IMG/VR virus record: IMGVR_UViG_3300037245_001419
Location: 62,001 to 126,000 of that record
Direction: 5' to 3' (one strand)
Length of the DNA stretch: 64,000 bases
Shown: piece by piece, positions 1 to 10,180 of the stretch
Layout: each line of letters opens with the position of its first letter
Numbering within the stretch: the stretch's first letter is position 1
The notes under the pieces: generated by a model
Seen by the model: the letters and a program-made list of their open reading frames with translations, nothing else
What the model was told of the DNA's origin: nothing
Database searches by the model: none
Position numbers and translations under genes: made by a program

Positions 1-134
1 ATTCCGTTCAGATCGAATTCTCGTTTTTTGTACATTATTTTTCCTCATATTGTTTTTTTTTCATATTACTTTTTTTTGTAGTGACAGTTAATAAAAAATA
101 TTAACTGCACATAGATGTATGTATATATCATTAC

Positions 135-163
135 ATTATACCCTTAAAAAGGGCAAAAGTCAA
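135..163 (-). promoter_or_regulatory. sigma70-like early promoter TTGACT-N17-TATAAT for a gene running off the left edge
   Basis: Reverse strand reads TTGACT tttgccctttttaaggg TATAAT with a 17-nt spacer. A GAGGA then ATG (position 35) lies downstream. Confidence 0.75.
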
Positions 164-186
164 TAGCAGTGCATATATTTTAGTAA

Positions 187-579
187 TTATTTCTTTTTAG
201 TCCACTTGATAAAATTCTTCAGTATATTGGAGTCCATATTAAAATCATACTTCTCAGCAAACTCCGCTCGAAGCTCGTGATAATTCTCCTCGTTAAAGCA
301 ATCAAAGACGGCTTTTTCCTTAAAGAAATCAGTGTGAAGATATATGGCACATTCAATAAATGTGATATCTGTTTCATTAACTAGCTTCTTAATCAAGTAA
401 TTAAATTTATGGAAGTCCTTATTGTAGGATTTCTTTTTTAGAATTACTTTCTCAAAATCAATACTATTCATATTCATAATTTCAAAGAACTTCTTTTTAT
501 TTATAGTTTTATAAATCTCAGCTTCAACGTCCTTATCTTTCAAATTGTCTGGTAATTTAGGTGTGTTGTCTTCTATCAT
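187..579 (-). CDS. hypothetical protein, possibly a gp33-like late-transcription coactivator
   Basis: 130 aa. FNYLIKKLVNETDITFIECAIYL...ELRAEFAEKY loosely resembles the gp33 core. It follows gp41 in the operon. Confidence 0.35.
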   Translation of the reverse strand: MIEDNTPKLPDNLKDKDVEAEIYKTINKKKFFEIMNMNSIDFEKVILKKKSYNKDFHKFNYLIKKLVNETDITFIECAIYLHTDFFKEKAVFDCFNEENYHELRAEFAEKYDFNMDSNILKNFIKWTKKK

Positions 580-587
580 AAACCCTC

Positions 588-1946
588 CTAACTGAAGTCC
601 AATTCTGCAGGGCTAGTATTATCTTTCTTTAAGATAGCGTGATCCTGTGATGCGAATTCATCGTAAAATTGTTCTTCTTCTTCCTCTGGTTCAAAGTTGT
701 ATAATCTCATTTTCGGTTTACTTACCTTAACTTTAACCTTCCCGAAGTTATCGCCAAAACGGCTCTTCAGTAATTTTAAAAGGTAAACGTTAGCTGCTGC
801 TAGTTCTTCGTTCTGAACTATACCATAAATGGCATCAGCCTTGAATGTAGCACCAATAGATTCTGCAGTGTCGGTTAGCTCAACGTTAACATTACCAAAC
901 CCACCTCTATTAGTTTGAAGTCCAGAGACTATCGGGAAGCCGTATTCCTGGGATATTGCTCTCACTTCTTCTGTTATTGCTTTAAGGACTTCATTAGAAT
1001 TGCCTACCACATTTTTATTAGGCATCATGCAGCCTAAGTAATCGATAAACATTATTTTTGGTTTAAATCCTTTTTTCACTTCAAGTTCTTTTAGGAGGTT
1101 TCTAAGGTGGTTAGCATTGATTGTTCCTCCTGGGTATTCTTTAACAATAAGTCGTTCTGTTTGTTTCTTTAGTTTCTCATGTTTGCGATAGAATTCTTTC
1201 TTTGAAAGATTTTTCAATTCATTGATTTCTACATCAAACATGTTGGCTAGGAACCTCTTAGAGAGCTTATCTTCCGATTCTTCTAGTGAGACATAGAGAA
1301 CATTTTGATTGTCTCTAAGGCAGTTAGAAGCGAAAGCACACTGTACTAGGGTCTTGCCAATATTGGTAGACCCTAGGAATAGGATCAGAGATTTCTCATG
1401 AAAACCTCCGTCGAGTTGTTCATCAAGTTTATCAATACCAGTAGATACAGCTTTTTCTTTATTATGAATATATGTGTACATGCGGTCGGTATCGTTCGAT
1501 ATGTCAAGACCTACATTGGTGTTAAATGAGAACGTTAAGGCTTCTCTAATGTTATCAGCAACATCATTGATGGTGTCGAGTTTTCTTTCTTCAAGAGCGT
1601 CTTTTACGGTAAGAATGTTGTACCATAATAATTTTTCCTGGAAGAACTTTTCAATCTCGTCCATAATTTGATCTTTCTGATATTCTTTCATGTCTATTTC
1701 TAGAATCTTTTTAACATTAGATAAGATCTCATCATTTTTAACGTAGAGTTCTAGATTTTTTATATTTGGGAACTCGTTATATTCTTCTTTATAATTAAAG
1801 TACTTCCGTATTATTTGTTGATTTGATGGGTTGTCAAATATTTTAAACAAAGGTATGGTAGAGAGAAAAGGATATAGCTTTTCTCTGATTACCTTACTTC
1901 TTAATATTGAATGAACTATTATGTTTTCAAAATCCAATTCGTCCAT
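588..1946 (-). CDS. gp41: DnaB-like replicative helicase (T4 gp41 family)
   Basis: Walker A GSTNIGKT, YVSLEESE, IDYLG, SGLQTNRGG and LKSRFG motifs; 452 aa. Confidence 0.95.
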   Translation of the reverse strand: MDELDFENIIVHSILRSKVIREKLYPFLSTIPLFKIFDNPSNQQIIRKYFNYKEEYNEFPNIKNLELYVKNDEILSNVKKILEIDMKEYQKDQIMDEIEKFFQEKLLWYNILTVKDALEERKLDTINDVADNIREALTFSFNTNVGLDISNDTDRMYTYIHNKEKAVSTGIDKLDEQLDGGFHEKSLILFLGSTNIGKTLVQCAFASNCLRDNQNVLYVSLEESEDKLSKRFLANMFDVEINELKNLSKKEFYRKHEKLKKQTERLIVKEYPGGTINANHLRNLLKELEVKKGFKPKIMFIDYLGCMMPNKNVVGNSNEVLKAITEEVRAISQEYGFPIVSGLQTNRGGFGNVNVELTDTAESIGATFKADAIYGIVQNEELAAANVYLLKLLKSRFGDNFGKVKVKVSKPKMRLYNFEPEEEEEQFYDEFASQDHAILKKDNTSPAELDFS

Positions 1947-3005
1947 CTATCCCTCTTCCATTAGATTATCATCAAAGAAATCTGTTGCATCATTTTCAGC
2001 TACATCTATTTCTCGATCTTCGTAGCTATATTTCGATTCTAGAAATTCTTTAAAATCAGTTTTTCTTAATAGGTCTTCCCAGAATTCTTTACAATAAAGT
2101 TTTGATTCTCTCCAATTTTTTCCTTCTTCGTCAAACTCTGGTCTATGATACCAGCCGTTTTTAGGTTTAGTAATACAGCCATGAAGAAGAGCGTCTGGAA
2201 GTAGTCCAAAATAAATATCTAACCCACCATCGTGCTTGATTCTAAACTGAAGTTTAGTTGATTTTTCAATAGCACTTCTGCCTTTGTGAGATTCACACGT
2301 TATGATAGCACCGATAACTTTTCCAGATGAGTCTTTTTCTTTTGCTTTTGATGTTGCAAGTACAATTGATTCACTGTTAAACTTTAGTCTACCACCACCA
2401 CCGATTTGATAAGGGTCTCCAAATCCACCAGTATTTTTGTATACACCGTTCACAACGTAGTATGTCATATCGGTTTCATTCATGTAGTTTGCGAGTTTAT
2501 TTTTCTCTTGTGGTAGTCTCATGTTTTGAGTAGAGTTACCGTCAGCTGCTTTAACCATTGTAGCTTCGTCAACGAGTGTTCCCCATGAGTCGATAAGTAC
2601 AAAGACGTTTCTTCGTTCTTTTCTTGTCTTACCTTCTGTCATAAGAGCGAGTGCTTGAGTGATTTTATGCATGTTAGCGGTTTGTAGTATTGGAAGTTTG
2701 TCAAGATCAACTCCAATACTTCCAGCAAGGTCTTTGTTAAAAGCTCTCTCTGTATCAATCACTACACATTCCATTCCATGTCTTTGTGCGTTCTTAAGGA
2801 TGTTACATGCAATAAATGATTTGCCAAATGAAGAGTCTGCACTTATTTGTTCAATACAACCAATTTTTACAGCCTTATCTACTTTACCTTTGTGTAACAG
2901 GTTCATAACTATAACACCGGATGAGAGGTATTCTGGTTGGTAATCATCTTCCATCATTTTATCTAGCAGGTCTTTATTTCCCATTAATTTTTTATATATG
3001 CTCAT
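1947..3005 (-). CDS. uvsX: RecA-like recombinase (UvsX)
   Basis: Walker A ADSSFGKS, IDTERA, LIDSWG and GGGGRLKF motifs; lies between gp43 and gp41. Confidence 0.92.
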   Translation of the reverse strand: MSIYKKLMGNKDLLDKMMEDDYQPEYLSSGVIVMNLLHKGKVDKAVKIGCIEQISADSSFGKSFIACNILKNAQRHGMECVVIDTERAFNKDLAGSIGVDLDKLPILQTANMHKITQALALMTEGKTRKERRNVFVLIDSWGTLVDEATMVKAADGNSTQNMRLPQEKNKLANYMNETDMTYYVVNGVYKNTGGFGDPYQIGGGGRLKFNSESIVLATSKAKEKDSSGKVIGAIITCESHKGRSAIEKSTKLQFRIKHDGGLDIYFGLLPDALLHGCITKPKNGWYHRPEFDEEGKNWRESKLYCKEFWEDLLRKTDFKEFLESKYSYEDREIDVAENDATDFFDDNLMEEG

Positions 3006-3016
3006 ATCTTCTCCTA

Positions 3017-5608
3017 TTATTTTTTCTTTTTCAGAAATTTACCCAACTGATTTCCACGAAGATTTATTTTTCCCCATCCCAATACTGTAAACATTCTCTG
3101 AATAACATTCATGAAGGTCTTTTCAAATTGAGTGTCGTAATCTATTTTAAATAACTGGTTGAACTCTTTTGGGTAATTTCCAATGTAAGCGATAACATTA
3201 CTATTGATTATGTTCTCGTCTTTTATATATACGTATTTTATTTTGCTACCATTAGCCACTTCCATATATGGATATTCATACTTTTTTATTAGATAATTGT
3301 AACATATACATGCTCTATTATGTATGGGGGTAGATTTCTTAAACACTAATCCTTTCTCGATATAATATTCATGTGGAAATGAATATTTTTCATATCCGTT
3401 TATACCGGACACTGAACTGATATTTTCTATATCTTCTGTCTTAAATGCCTTTTTAGATTTTCTCAATGTTTTAATAGTCATTTCTTTATCGAGATTATCA
3501 AATAATTCCTGAATAACATCTTTGATTGTTTTCCGGCTAAACATAGGGGTATCACTTCTGACAACTTCAACACCTTTATATTTAATTGTTGGTTTATCAT
3601 ATACTTTGTCTTCGTGAGCTAATAGTTCCACTATGTATTTTTTCTTGGCAAGTACAAATTGTTTAGTTATAATTCCTTCACGTTTATATCTTATTAGGTT
3701 TTTAACTCCACGTTTTGCATGATAAATATCTAATATCTTAACAAAGAAAGGTTCTAGTACTTTTTCATCCATTATGGTGGCAAACTCCATGTAGTCCATG
3801 TCAGGAGCGTAGTTCTTCTTAATTTCATTTAGATTGATATAGTTAGAGTCGGTATCAATAACAAATACTAGATCATTTTTAAGTTGGGGTGGATTCTCAA
3901 TTTCAGGAAAATAACAAGTATATACTTTATGCCAATAATTTTTAAAATATTTATTAGTCTCCGCTCCTAAAAATTTGATAAGAACTCTACCACCTCTTGT
4001 TACTGCTCTAGCATTATCAACATCGTAAAAGTGAAAGTATTCTGAACCCATAACACCGTATAAACTATTAATCATAATTTTTCTGATTAGTTGCATTGAG
4101 TAATTAAACTGTTCTCCTTGCTTGTCACCTTTTTTTTCACATTCGCTCATTAGATCTTTAAAGTATTTTCTCTCATCAAAAATTCTTTCAACTATGGATG
4201 GGAATATACCTTGTACATCTTTTTTGTAGTATACCCCGTTGATTTCAGATTTTATTAAATGTTTGGCTCGTTCAGGGGAGGGTTTGATTACTTTAGTTTC
4301 AGGGGAGATATTATAGATCACAATCTCTTTGGGGTATTCAGACTCTACGTCGAATGATAGGCAGTCTTCATAAAACCCAGGCTCTGCATATACATACCCA
4401 CCCTTGATATAAAATGGTTCAAACGTTTTGTTATTTTTATTCTTTTTGTCGTCAGTTTTTACATTTTGAAGTTCACCGTTTACTTTGTAATATCCTTCTT
4501 CCAACCACCAATCACGGGTAATTATTTTTCTATCCGGCATTACCATTTTTCTTTTGTGGAGGTCACGAAGAATAAAGCCTTCAAGTACGGATATAGAACT
4601 AAATACTTTTTCAAATGGTATTAATGTCTGGTAACAAAGTGATACTACTAGTTCAATAAACTTTAGTTTGTTATCTATTTTTTCAACTAAGAGTACATCC
4701 TGAATGTTATATTCTACAAATTTATCCCAATTTGTTTTGTATATTGTATTGATGGTTCCTTCAAGGCCGATCTTGCCTTCTTGGACTTCAGCAATACCAA
4801 TGTTATCTAAAGTATATGAAGGTTGTGTTTCAAATGTGAACTTCTTATATAGTTCAAGGTAATCCAGTTGCGATAGACCTGCTATTTTATACACGTTCTT
4901 AATTTCTATCTTGCCGTCTTGTTTCCGTGTTTTTTTCTCAACGAGTTCTACAATACCAAGTGGTGATAGTTTTTTTTCAATTCCATTGGTTGTAAGGTTT
5001 TTAATTCTATTGATGATATATTTCATATCAAAACCAGTAGAGTTCCATCCTGTTACAATATCAAATTTCATATTTGACCACCAAGTAACAAATGATGTGA
5101 GCATATCAAGTTCATTCTCTATGTATGCATATTTTTCAACTCCTAAACATTTTCGAGTCATTGGTGATGTTCCGAAGGTGTATAGTTTTTTTGTTGTTGA
5201 GCTTTTAACAGTAATTAGATTTATAGGATATAATGCTAAATCTGGTTCTGGAAATTCCTTTTCACCAGCTACTTCAATATCAATATATGCAGTATGAATA
5301 TTATTCATGTCTGTCTTAATATCAACATCCTGGTATCGTTCTTGAAGGTATTTAATATCTTCACTAATGTCAGATTCACAAATTTTAAGTTGGAGTTTTT
5401 TGTATTTCTTAACATCCATATATTTATTGCGAGTATATTTTTTGATTACAGGAGTTCCATAAATGTCAGTATGAACTGTTGCACCGCTGCGATCTTCAAC
5501 GTAGAAATAAGAATTTAGGTCTTCTGTAAGCTTTACAGTTTTACCGTTAAAACATTCCCATATATGGACTTGTTTAGTTTTATTGTCTACATAAATATTT
5601 TTAAACAT
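3017..5608 (-). CDS. gp43: family B DNA polymerase with 3'-5' exonuclease (gp43-like)
   Basis: ExoI YIDIEV, ExoII WNSTGFD, ExoIII YNIQDV; motif B KIMINSLYG, motif C DTDS; KKKY and YKGVEVVRSDTP. Confidence 0.97.
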   Translation of the reverse strand: MFKNIYVDNKTKQVHIWECFNGKTVKLTEDLNSYFYVEDRSGATVHTDIYGTPVIKKYTRNKYMDVKKYKKLQLKICESDISEDIKYLQERYQDVDIKTDMNNIHTAYIDIEVAGEKEFPEPDLALYPINLITVKSSTTKKLYTFGTSPMTRKCLGVEKYAYIENELDMLTSFVTWWSNMKFDIVTGWNSTGFDMKYIINRIKNLTTNGIEKKLSPLGIVELVEKKTRKQDGKIEIKNVYKIAGLSQLDYLELYKKFTFETQPSYTLDNIGIAEVQEGKIGLEGTINTIYKTNWDKFVEYNIQDVLLVEKIDNKLKFIELVVSLCYQTLIPFEKVFSSISVLEGFILRDLHKRKMVMPDRKIITRDWWLEEGYYKVNGELQNVKTDDKKNKNNKTFEPFYIKGGYVYAEPGFYEDCLSFDVESEYPKEIVIYNISPETKVIKPSPERAKHLIKSEINGVYYKKDVQGIFPSIVERIFDERKYFKDLMSECEKKGDKQGEQFNYSMQLIRKIMINSLYGVMGSEYFHFYDVDNARAVTRGGRVLIKFLGAETNKYFKNYWHKVYTCYFPEIENPPQLKNDLVFVIDTDSNYINLNEIKKNYAPDMDYMEFATIMDEKVLEPFFVKILDIYHAKRGVKNLIRYKREGIITKQFVLAKKKYIVELLAHEDKVYDKPTIKYKGVEVVRSDTPMFSRKTIKDVIQELFDNLDKEMTIKTLRKSKKAFKTEDIENISSVSGINGYEKYSFPHEYYIEKGLVFKKSTPIHNRACICYNYLIKKYEYPYMEVANGSKIKYVYIKDENIINSNVIAYIGNYPKEFNQLFKIDYDTQFEKTFMNVIQRMFTVLGWGKINLRGNQLGKFLKKKK

Positions 5609-5620
5609 ATGTTATTTTAT

Positions 5621-6565
5621 TTAGAGTTGAGAGTGTTTTTTACGAATTTCTGGGAAGTTATCATATAGTTCTGATGCTATGCTTCTAACTGTTTCCCGAA
5701 CGTCAATATAAGATTTAGCTGAAAATCCTGCAGCATGCTGATGACCACCACCAATTCCTCTTTCCTTTAATACCTTACCAATATGTATACAATCTAATTT
5801 GCTACGAATTGATACATTGTTAAAGCTGTTGGATGAGAATACAATATTGTATCCTTTGGTCAATTTAATGTTACATATTTCATTTGAGAAGTTATTAAGT
5901 CTTAGAAGTATACCATTAACATGAGTGTAATCCTGACAATTAAAAGAATGATTAGTAGCGTCTAATTCAACTTGTAACTTCTTTTTATCATCATTGATTA
6001 CTTTTAATTCATCTTTATTGAAGTCAACCACGCCTTGAAAGAATCTTTTCTTAAACTGAATAGGTTTGTAGTGATGAAATAATCGTGCAAGATATTTGCT
6101 TCTAGGATTTACTTCAGTCCATAGATCATAGTCTTCAACTAAAGTAATGAAGCTATCGAGATAAGATAAATCTACATCGTACCACTTCTTCATATGTTCT
6201 TTTAATATGTATGAACTACAGTGATCAGAGTTAACTACCTTACCATATTCAGGGTCATTCATTTCAATTGCGGTATCATGATGATCTATAAGGATTATCT
6301 TATCGTAGTTTAACTGATATGCTATGTTATCTGGACTTGGTGTAATATCAGTTATATACACAACGTCATAATTATTAAATTTAACAGTGTCTAAGATTTT
6401 ATCAATGGTCATACCAGATGCTGTAACATAGGTAATGTGACTCCGAGGAAATACATTACCTAATATTAGTTGACATGCTGACCCATCCATATCCCCATCA
6501 GAGATGCTAAGTACTCTCTGACTTTGTAATAATCTAAAGCCACTGTAGATAGAGTTATGTTTCAT
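5621..6565 (-). CDS. DHH/DHHA1 family phosphoesterase
   Basis: SDGDMDG, ITD, IDHH and C-terminal GGGHQHAAGF motifs. Confidence 0.88.
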   Translation of the reverse strand: MKHNSIYSGFRLLQSQRVLSISDGDMDGSACQLILGNVFPRSHITYVTASGMTIDKILDTVKFNNYDVVYITDITPSPDNIAYQLNYDKIILIDHHDTAIEMNDPEYGKVVNSDHCSSYILKEHMKKWYDVDLSYLDSFITLVEDYDLWTEVNPRSKYLARLFHHYKPIQFKKRFFQGVVDFNKDELKVINDDKKKLQVELDATNHSFNCQDYTHVNGILLRLNNFSNEICNIKLTKGYNIVFSSNSFNNVSIRSKLDCIHIGKVLKERGIGGGHQHAAGFSAKSYIDVRETVRSIASELYDNFPEIRKKHSQL

Positions 6566-6585
6566 ATCGACCTACAGTGATTGGT

Positions 6586-7842
6586 TTATTTTTTCATTTT
6601 CTTCTGGATATCGAGTGCCATATTAATGCCAATCATGTCGAGTGGGTTTGCACCACTAGATTGTTTACCACCAACTATAACGATACCTGGAACGTTAATG
6701 TCTTTCAGTGCATTGGCTATGCCTACTTCAGTTTTATATTTCCATGAAGCTTTTTCTTGAGGGGAAAGACCTGCAGCTACCTTTAGTTTATTTGCGGTTG
6801 CTTCAGCTCGACCTTCTGCAATAATCTTCTTAGCTTTCTCGATTGCTTCTCTGGCTCCGAGTTGAGCTATCTTATAATTCTTTTCAGCTTTAAGAATTGC
6901 AACTTCTTTCTCTTTAAGAGCCTCTGTAACGGCTTGAATTTTCTTCACTTCTTCTAGAGCTTTAGCCTCAGCGATAAGTGCCGTACCTTGCATTTCTTTG
7001 GTGATGGCATTTTGTTTAGCGGTTTCAGCTTTTGATTTAGATACTGCTTTATTCTGCTCAATCTCTTTTTTCTCAGCAATCAAACTGTCGATGGTAGGAT
7101 CATAATCAATATCTTTAATAACAAACTGAAGTATCTCTATATCGTATGTTTTAAATGGTGATCCCTTCATGACGACTGGTTGTTTATTGGAGTCTAGTTT
7201 GATTTTAACTTCTCTCTTAATGAACTCTTGATCTTGAGCATCTTTATACTTATACACATGTTTCTCGGTCATGTATATACCGTTTCGTACTTGCCCTTCA
7301 GCTACGGTTGTAAACTCAGATCTTCTAGACGAGTATGATTCTTCGGCTTTCATTAGTGTTGCGGTTTGTTTAAGTGCTTCAGCTACGGTTTGCCTAATGA
7401 GATCTTGCTTAACTGCAGCGTAGCTTTTAAAGTCTTCATGGAGTAGTAATTGAGTGCTATCTACACGAGAAAGTCTGTACTTGATTGAGCCTGAAATAAA
7501 GGCTGTACTACCACCATTAAACCTAATTGAAATAGGGTCTGCTTCTTTTCCTGATCCTCCTTCTTCATCTGATGTAGAGAAGTAGTACATATCAGAAACT
7601 TGATATGGGTGGACAGTTCCAAATGCTTTAGTAAATGTTCCAGTGTTATTGACGACTGACATTGTTCCCCAATATGCTGTTTGCTTTACTTTATAATAAC
7701 CTGAGAAGTTTGTTTCCCATATTTGTGAATAAAGTACTGTAGTTGATATTAGGGTGACGACTGCTAGTATTGCGAGTAAAATTATCCTGCCTTTGTACTT
7801 ATCAAGAAAACTTCTCTGATCATCAGATGATCTATCTTTCAT
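6586..7842 (-). CDS. SPFH/band-7 family membrane protein
   Basis: N-terminal transmembrane helix IILLAILAVVTLISTTVLY, SPFH-like core (IRQTVAEALKQTATLMKAEESYSSRR; IKDIDY) and AE-rich coiled coil. Confidence 0.85.
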   Translation of the reverse strand: MKDRSSDDQRSFLDKYKGRIILLAILAVVTLISTTVLYSQIWETNFSGYYKVKQTAYWGTMSVVNNTGTFTKAFGTVHPYQVSDMYYFSTSDEEGGSGKEADPISIRFNGGSTAFISGSIKYRLSRVDSTQLLLHEDFKSYAAVKQDLIRQTVAEALKQTATLMKAEESYSSRRSEFTTVAEGQVRNGIYMTEKHVYKYKDAQDQEFIKREVKIKLDSNKQPVVMKGSPFKTYDIEILQFVIKDIDYDPTIDSLIAEKKEIEQNKAVSKSKAETAKQNAITKEMQGTALIAEAKALEEVKKIQAVTEALKEKEVAILKAEKNYKIAQLGAREAIEKAKKIIAEGRAEATANKLKVAAGLSPQEKASWKYKTEVGIANALKDINVPGIVIVGGKQSSGANPLDMIGINMALDIQKKMKK

Positions 7843-7875
7843 ATTAACTCCAATTAATATATTTTATGTACTAAT

Positions 7876-7904
7876 AGTATATCAAATATATTAACTAGAG
7901 TCAA
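7876..7904 (-). promoter_or_regulatory. sigma70-like early promoter TTGACT-N17-TATACT
   Basis: Reverse strand TTGACT ctagttaatatatttga TATACT, about 35 nt upstream of the SPFH start, which has a GGAG RBS. Confidence 0.75.
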
Positions 7905-7911
7905 GTAGTTA

Positions 7912-9126
7912 TTAAAATATATTAACTAAACGCTCAATATATTGTCGAGATTCGAGGTAACGACCTTCATTCTCCATTTTTTCATACTGCAGTCTTCGAA
8001 TTCTGTTAAAGTTCTTAGGCTCTGAGTACTTTTTAATCATGGAGTCGATATCTTCGACTGTACAATCTTCCGGCATTGTAAGAAAATTATGGTCATATGG
8101 GGATGATGAACCATCTGTAAATGTACTTCCGATAGCTAATACACCATCTGCTGAATGTTCGAGGAACTTTAGATCGCTCTTTGCACTGTTAAATTGATTT
8201 CTTACGAGAGGCATGATACCAAAGTCTGCTTTTTCGCTTTTAACTAGGTTTGGATACTGGTAAGAATTTACCCATCCATGTACCTTGATCTTATCTTTAA
8301 TCTCATCCATGAACCACGGGAGGCCACCAAACACGGTAAAATCTATTTCATCATTATTGACTGATTTAATTACCCAATCTTTCCATGCGTTATCCCAGTC
8401 CCCAAGTCTCTTTTCACCATTATGATAATGAGTAGGAGAGCCTGTGTAGATGACTTTAGGTTTTTTAATGACTTCAGTTATGTCAGATTTTCTTTCGTGT
8501 CCCCAGAAGTACTGAGGGACGCAGTTGGGTATAACCTGGATCTTTGTCTTAATGCCGAGTTCTTTCTCATAATAATTTTTTAGAAATGGTGTGGAAACGG
8601 TAACAAGATCCATGAGCTTCATGATTTCAACTGATGCTGTTTTAATTTCTTTGGTGATGCCTTTACTGCCGAAGTTGTATGATGGTACGCCTTCATCAGT
8701 AGTACCGCCTTGGTTTTCGTTGAACCCATGGATGTGATCGTCCATCTCCCATATCATTTTATATTTGAACTTAGGTTGATTCTCTTTGTACTGCTTTATA
8801 ACTGTAAGATGATCGGGGGTCATTTGACGTTGGAAAAAAATTGAGCGTGTTCTTGAAAGTATATCGTTTTGATATACGAACGATGGGGCAAGTAGCATGC
8901 TCATCCGACCAGACTTACCAAATACCGAGTTGAGATAAGTCATCCAGAAGATGTTTCTAATATGCCCACAACCGCTAGAATCGCTTAGGAATGATAAAAC
9001 TAAATTCTTTTTTACTTTAACAACACCTGGTGGAAGTTCTTCACTTGCTGTTGTTGGTGGGGTAGCTATTGTAGCTGCTTGTAGTTGCTTTTGAAACTCG
9101 TCTAGGTTGCTGGTTTTTTTACTCAT
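7912..9126 (-). CDS. glycosyltransferase (GT-B fold, GT4-like)
   Basis: DSSGCGHIR, WEMDD, TVSTPFL, VIPN and PLVRNQFNSAKSDLKFLE...SPY motifs typical of phage GT-B enzymes. Confidence 0.8.
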   Translation of the reverse strand: MSKKTSNLDEFQKQLQAATIATPPTTASEELPPGVVKVKKNLVLSFLSDSSGCGHIRNIFWMTYLNSVFGKSGRMSMLLAPSFVYQNDILSRTRSIFFQRQMTPDHLTVIKQYKENQPKFKYKMIWEMDDHIHGFNENQGGTTDEGVPSYNFGSKGITKEIKTASVEIMKLMDLVTVSTPFLKNYYEKELGIKTKIQVIPNCVPQYFWGHERKSDITEVIKKPKVIYTGSPTHYHNGEKRLGDWDNAWKDWVIKSVNNDEIDFTVFGGLPWFMDEIKDKIKVHGWVNSYQYPNLVKSEKADFGIMPLVRNQFNSAKSDLKFLEHSADGVLAIGSTFTDGSSSPYDHNFLTMPEDCTVEDIDSMIKKYSEPKNFNRIRRLQYEKMENEGRYLESRQYIERLVNIF

Positions 9127-10178
9127 AAACAGATGTCCTTCTCATTGTGTAAGTTGCTATATACATTTTCTATGTTTTCATACACATCTTTCTTGCCTAC
9201 CATTTTGATCTCATCGAGGTATTCATCAATAAGCTCTAAGAGGTCAACGGCTTTATAGTCTTCACTAGTTCCTTGTATGTTAGACTTTCGATCGATTGTA
9301 ATAGGGAGAATGGCAGGTTTGAATCCTTCGCAAGTATCAATATACTTTTCAATTTCTTCTTCACTAAACTCTTGATCATAGTTGACTTCGAGTTTTATTA
9401 CGTTCCCTCTTATATCTTTCTTGTATAAGGGTTCAGGATAAACTACTGTTTTAAACTTTAAAGATGTATTGTTATTTATAAATTCGTAATCAAGGGTATC
9501 TAGATCGAGAATACAGAACCCTCGTTCATCACCTTCGTCAGAAAACGTAAGTTGGTATGGATTGCCGATATATTCTATCTTACGTTCTGCTCGCTGCATA
9601 TTACTTCTGGTGTGGAAGTGACCTGAAAATACTAAGTTATAATTATTAAATAGTATCTCTGTGTCCAACCCGTGCTCATTGACTCTTTTATTATTAAGCT
9701 TAAAACCCATAATTGGTAGATGACCAAGCATAACATCACAGAAGATATTATTGTTCGCTATACGGTTCTTGAATTGATCTTCGTCACACTGCCATGGGAC
9801 AAGTAATACCTTACGGTTAGCGATAGATAGGAGTTTAATATCTTCAATTACATCGACGTTAGGATACTTGTCTAAAAACTTAAGTGAATGTGTCTCAATA
9901 TTGTTCTTAAAGTATGAGTCATGGTTCCCGATTAACATAGTGATCTTAAAATCTTTTAGTTCGTTATCAAACAACTCCATGATAATGTTCTTCAATCTAA
10001 TGTTGATAGTAGATCTGTTGTCCCAGAAATCACCCAAATGAAATATACGAGTAATGTTATGTTTCTTTAGATAAGGAACAAATTCTTTTTTGAAGAACTT
10101 TAGTTGGGACTTTAAAAATACATCTGAGTTGCCATGAACTCCAAAGTGTGTATCTGTTATTAGTGCTACTTTAGCCAT
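9123..10178 (-). CDS. gp47: Mre11/SbcD-like recombination nuclease subunit
   Basis: TDTHFG, HLGDFWDNR, IGNHD, SGHFH and GNPYQLTFSD motifs. Confidence 0.95.
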   Translation of the reverse strand: MAKVALITDTHFGVHGNSDVFLKSQLKFFKKEFVPYLKKHNITRIFHLGDFWDNRSTINIRLKNIIMELFDNELKDFKITMLIGNHDSYFKNNIETHSLKFLDKYPNVDVIEDIKLLSIANRKVLLVPWQCDEDQFKNRIANNNIFCDVMLGHLPIMGFKLNNKRVNEHGLDTEILFNNYNLVFSGHFHTRSNMQRAERKIEYIGNPYQLTFSDEGDERGFCILDLDTLDYEFINNNTSLKFKTVVYPEPLYKKDIRGNVIKLEVNYDQEFSEEEIEKYIDTCEGFKPAILPITIDRKSNIQGTSEDYKAVDLLELIDEYLDEIKMVGKKDVYENIENVYSNLHNEKDICL

Positions 10179-10180
10179 GA

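Noticed and set aside
2783-2860. UvsX Walker A starting with Ala (ADSSFGKS)
   Set aside because: It fits the [AG]xxxxGK[ST] consensus, so it is not evidence of inactivation.
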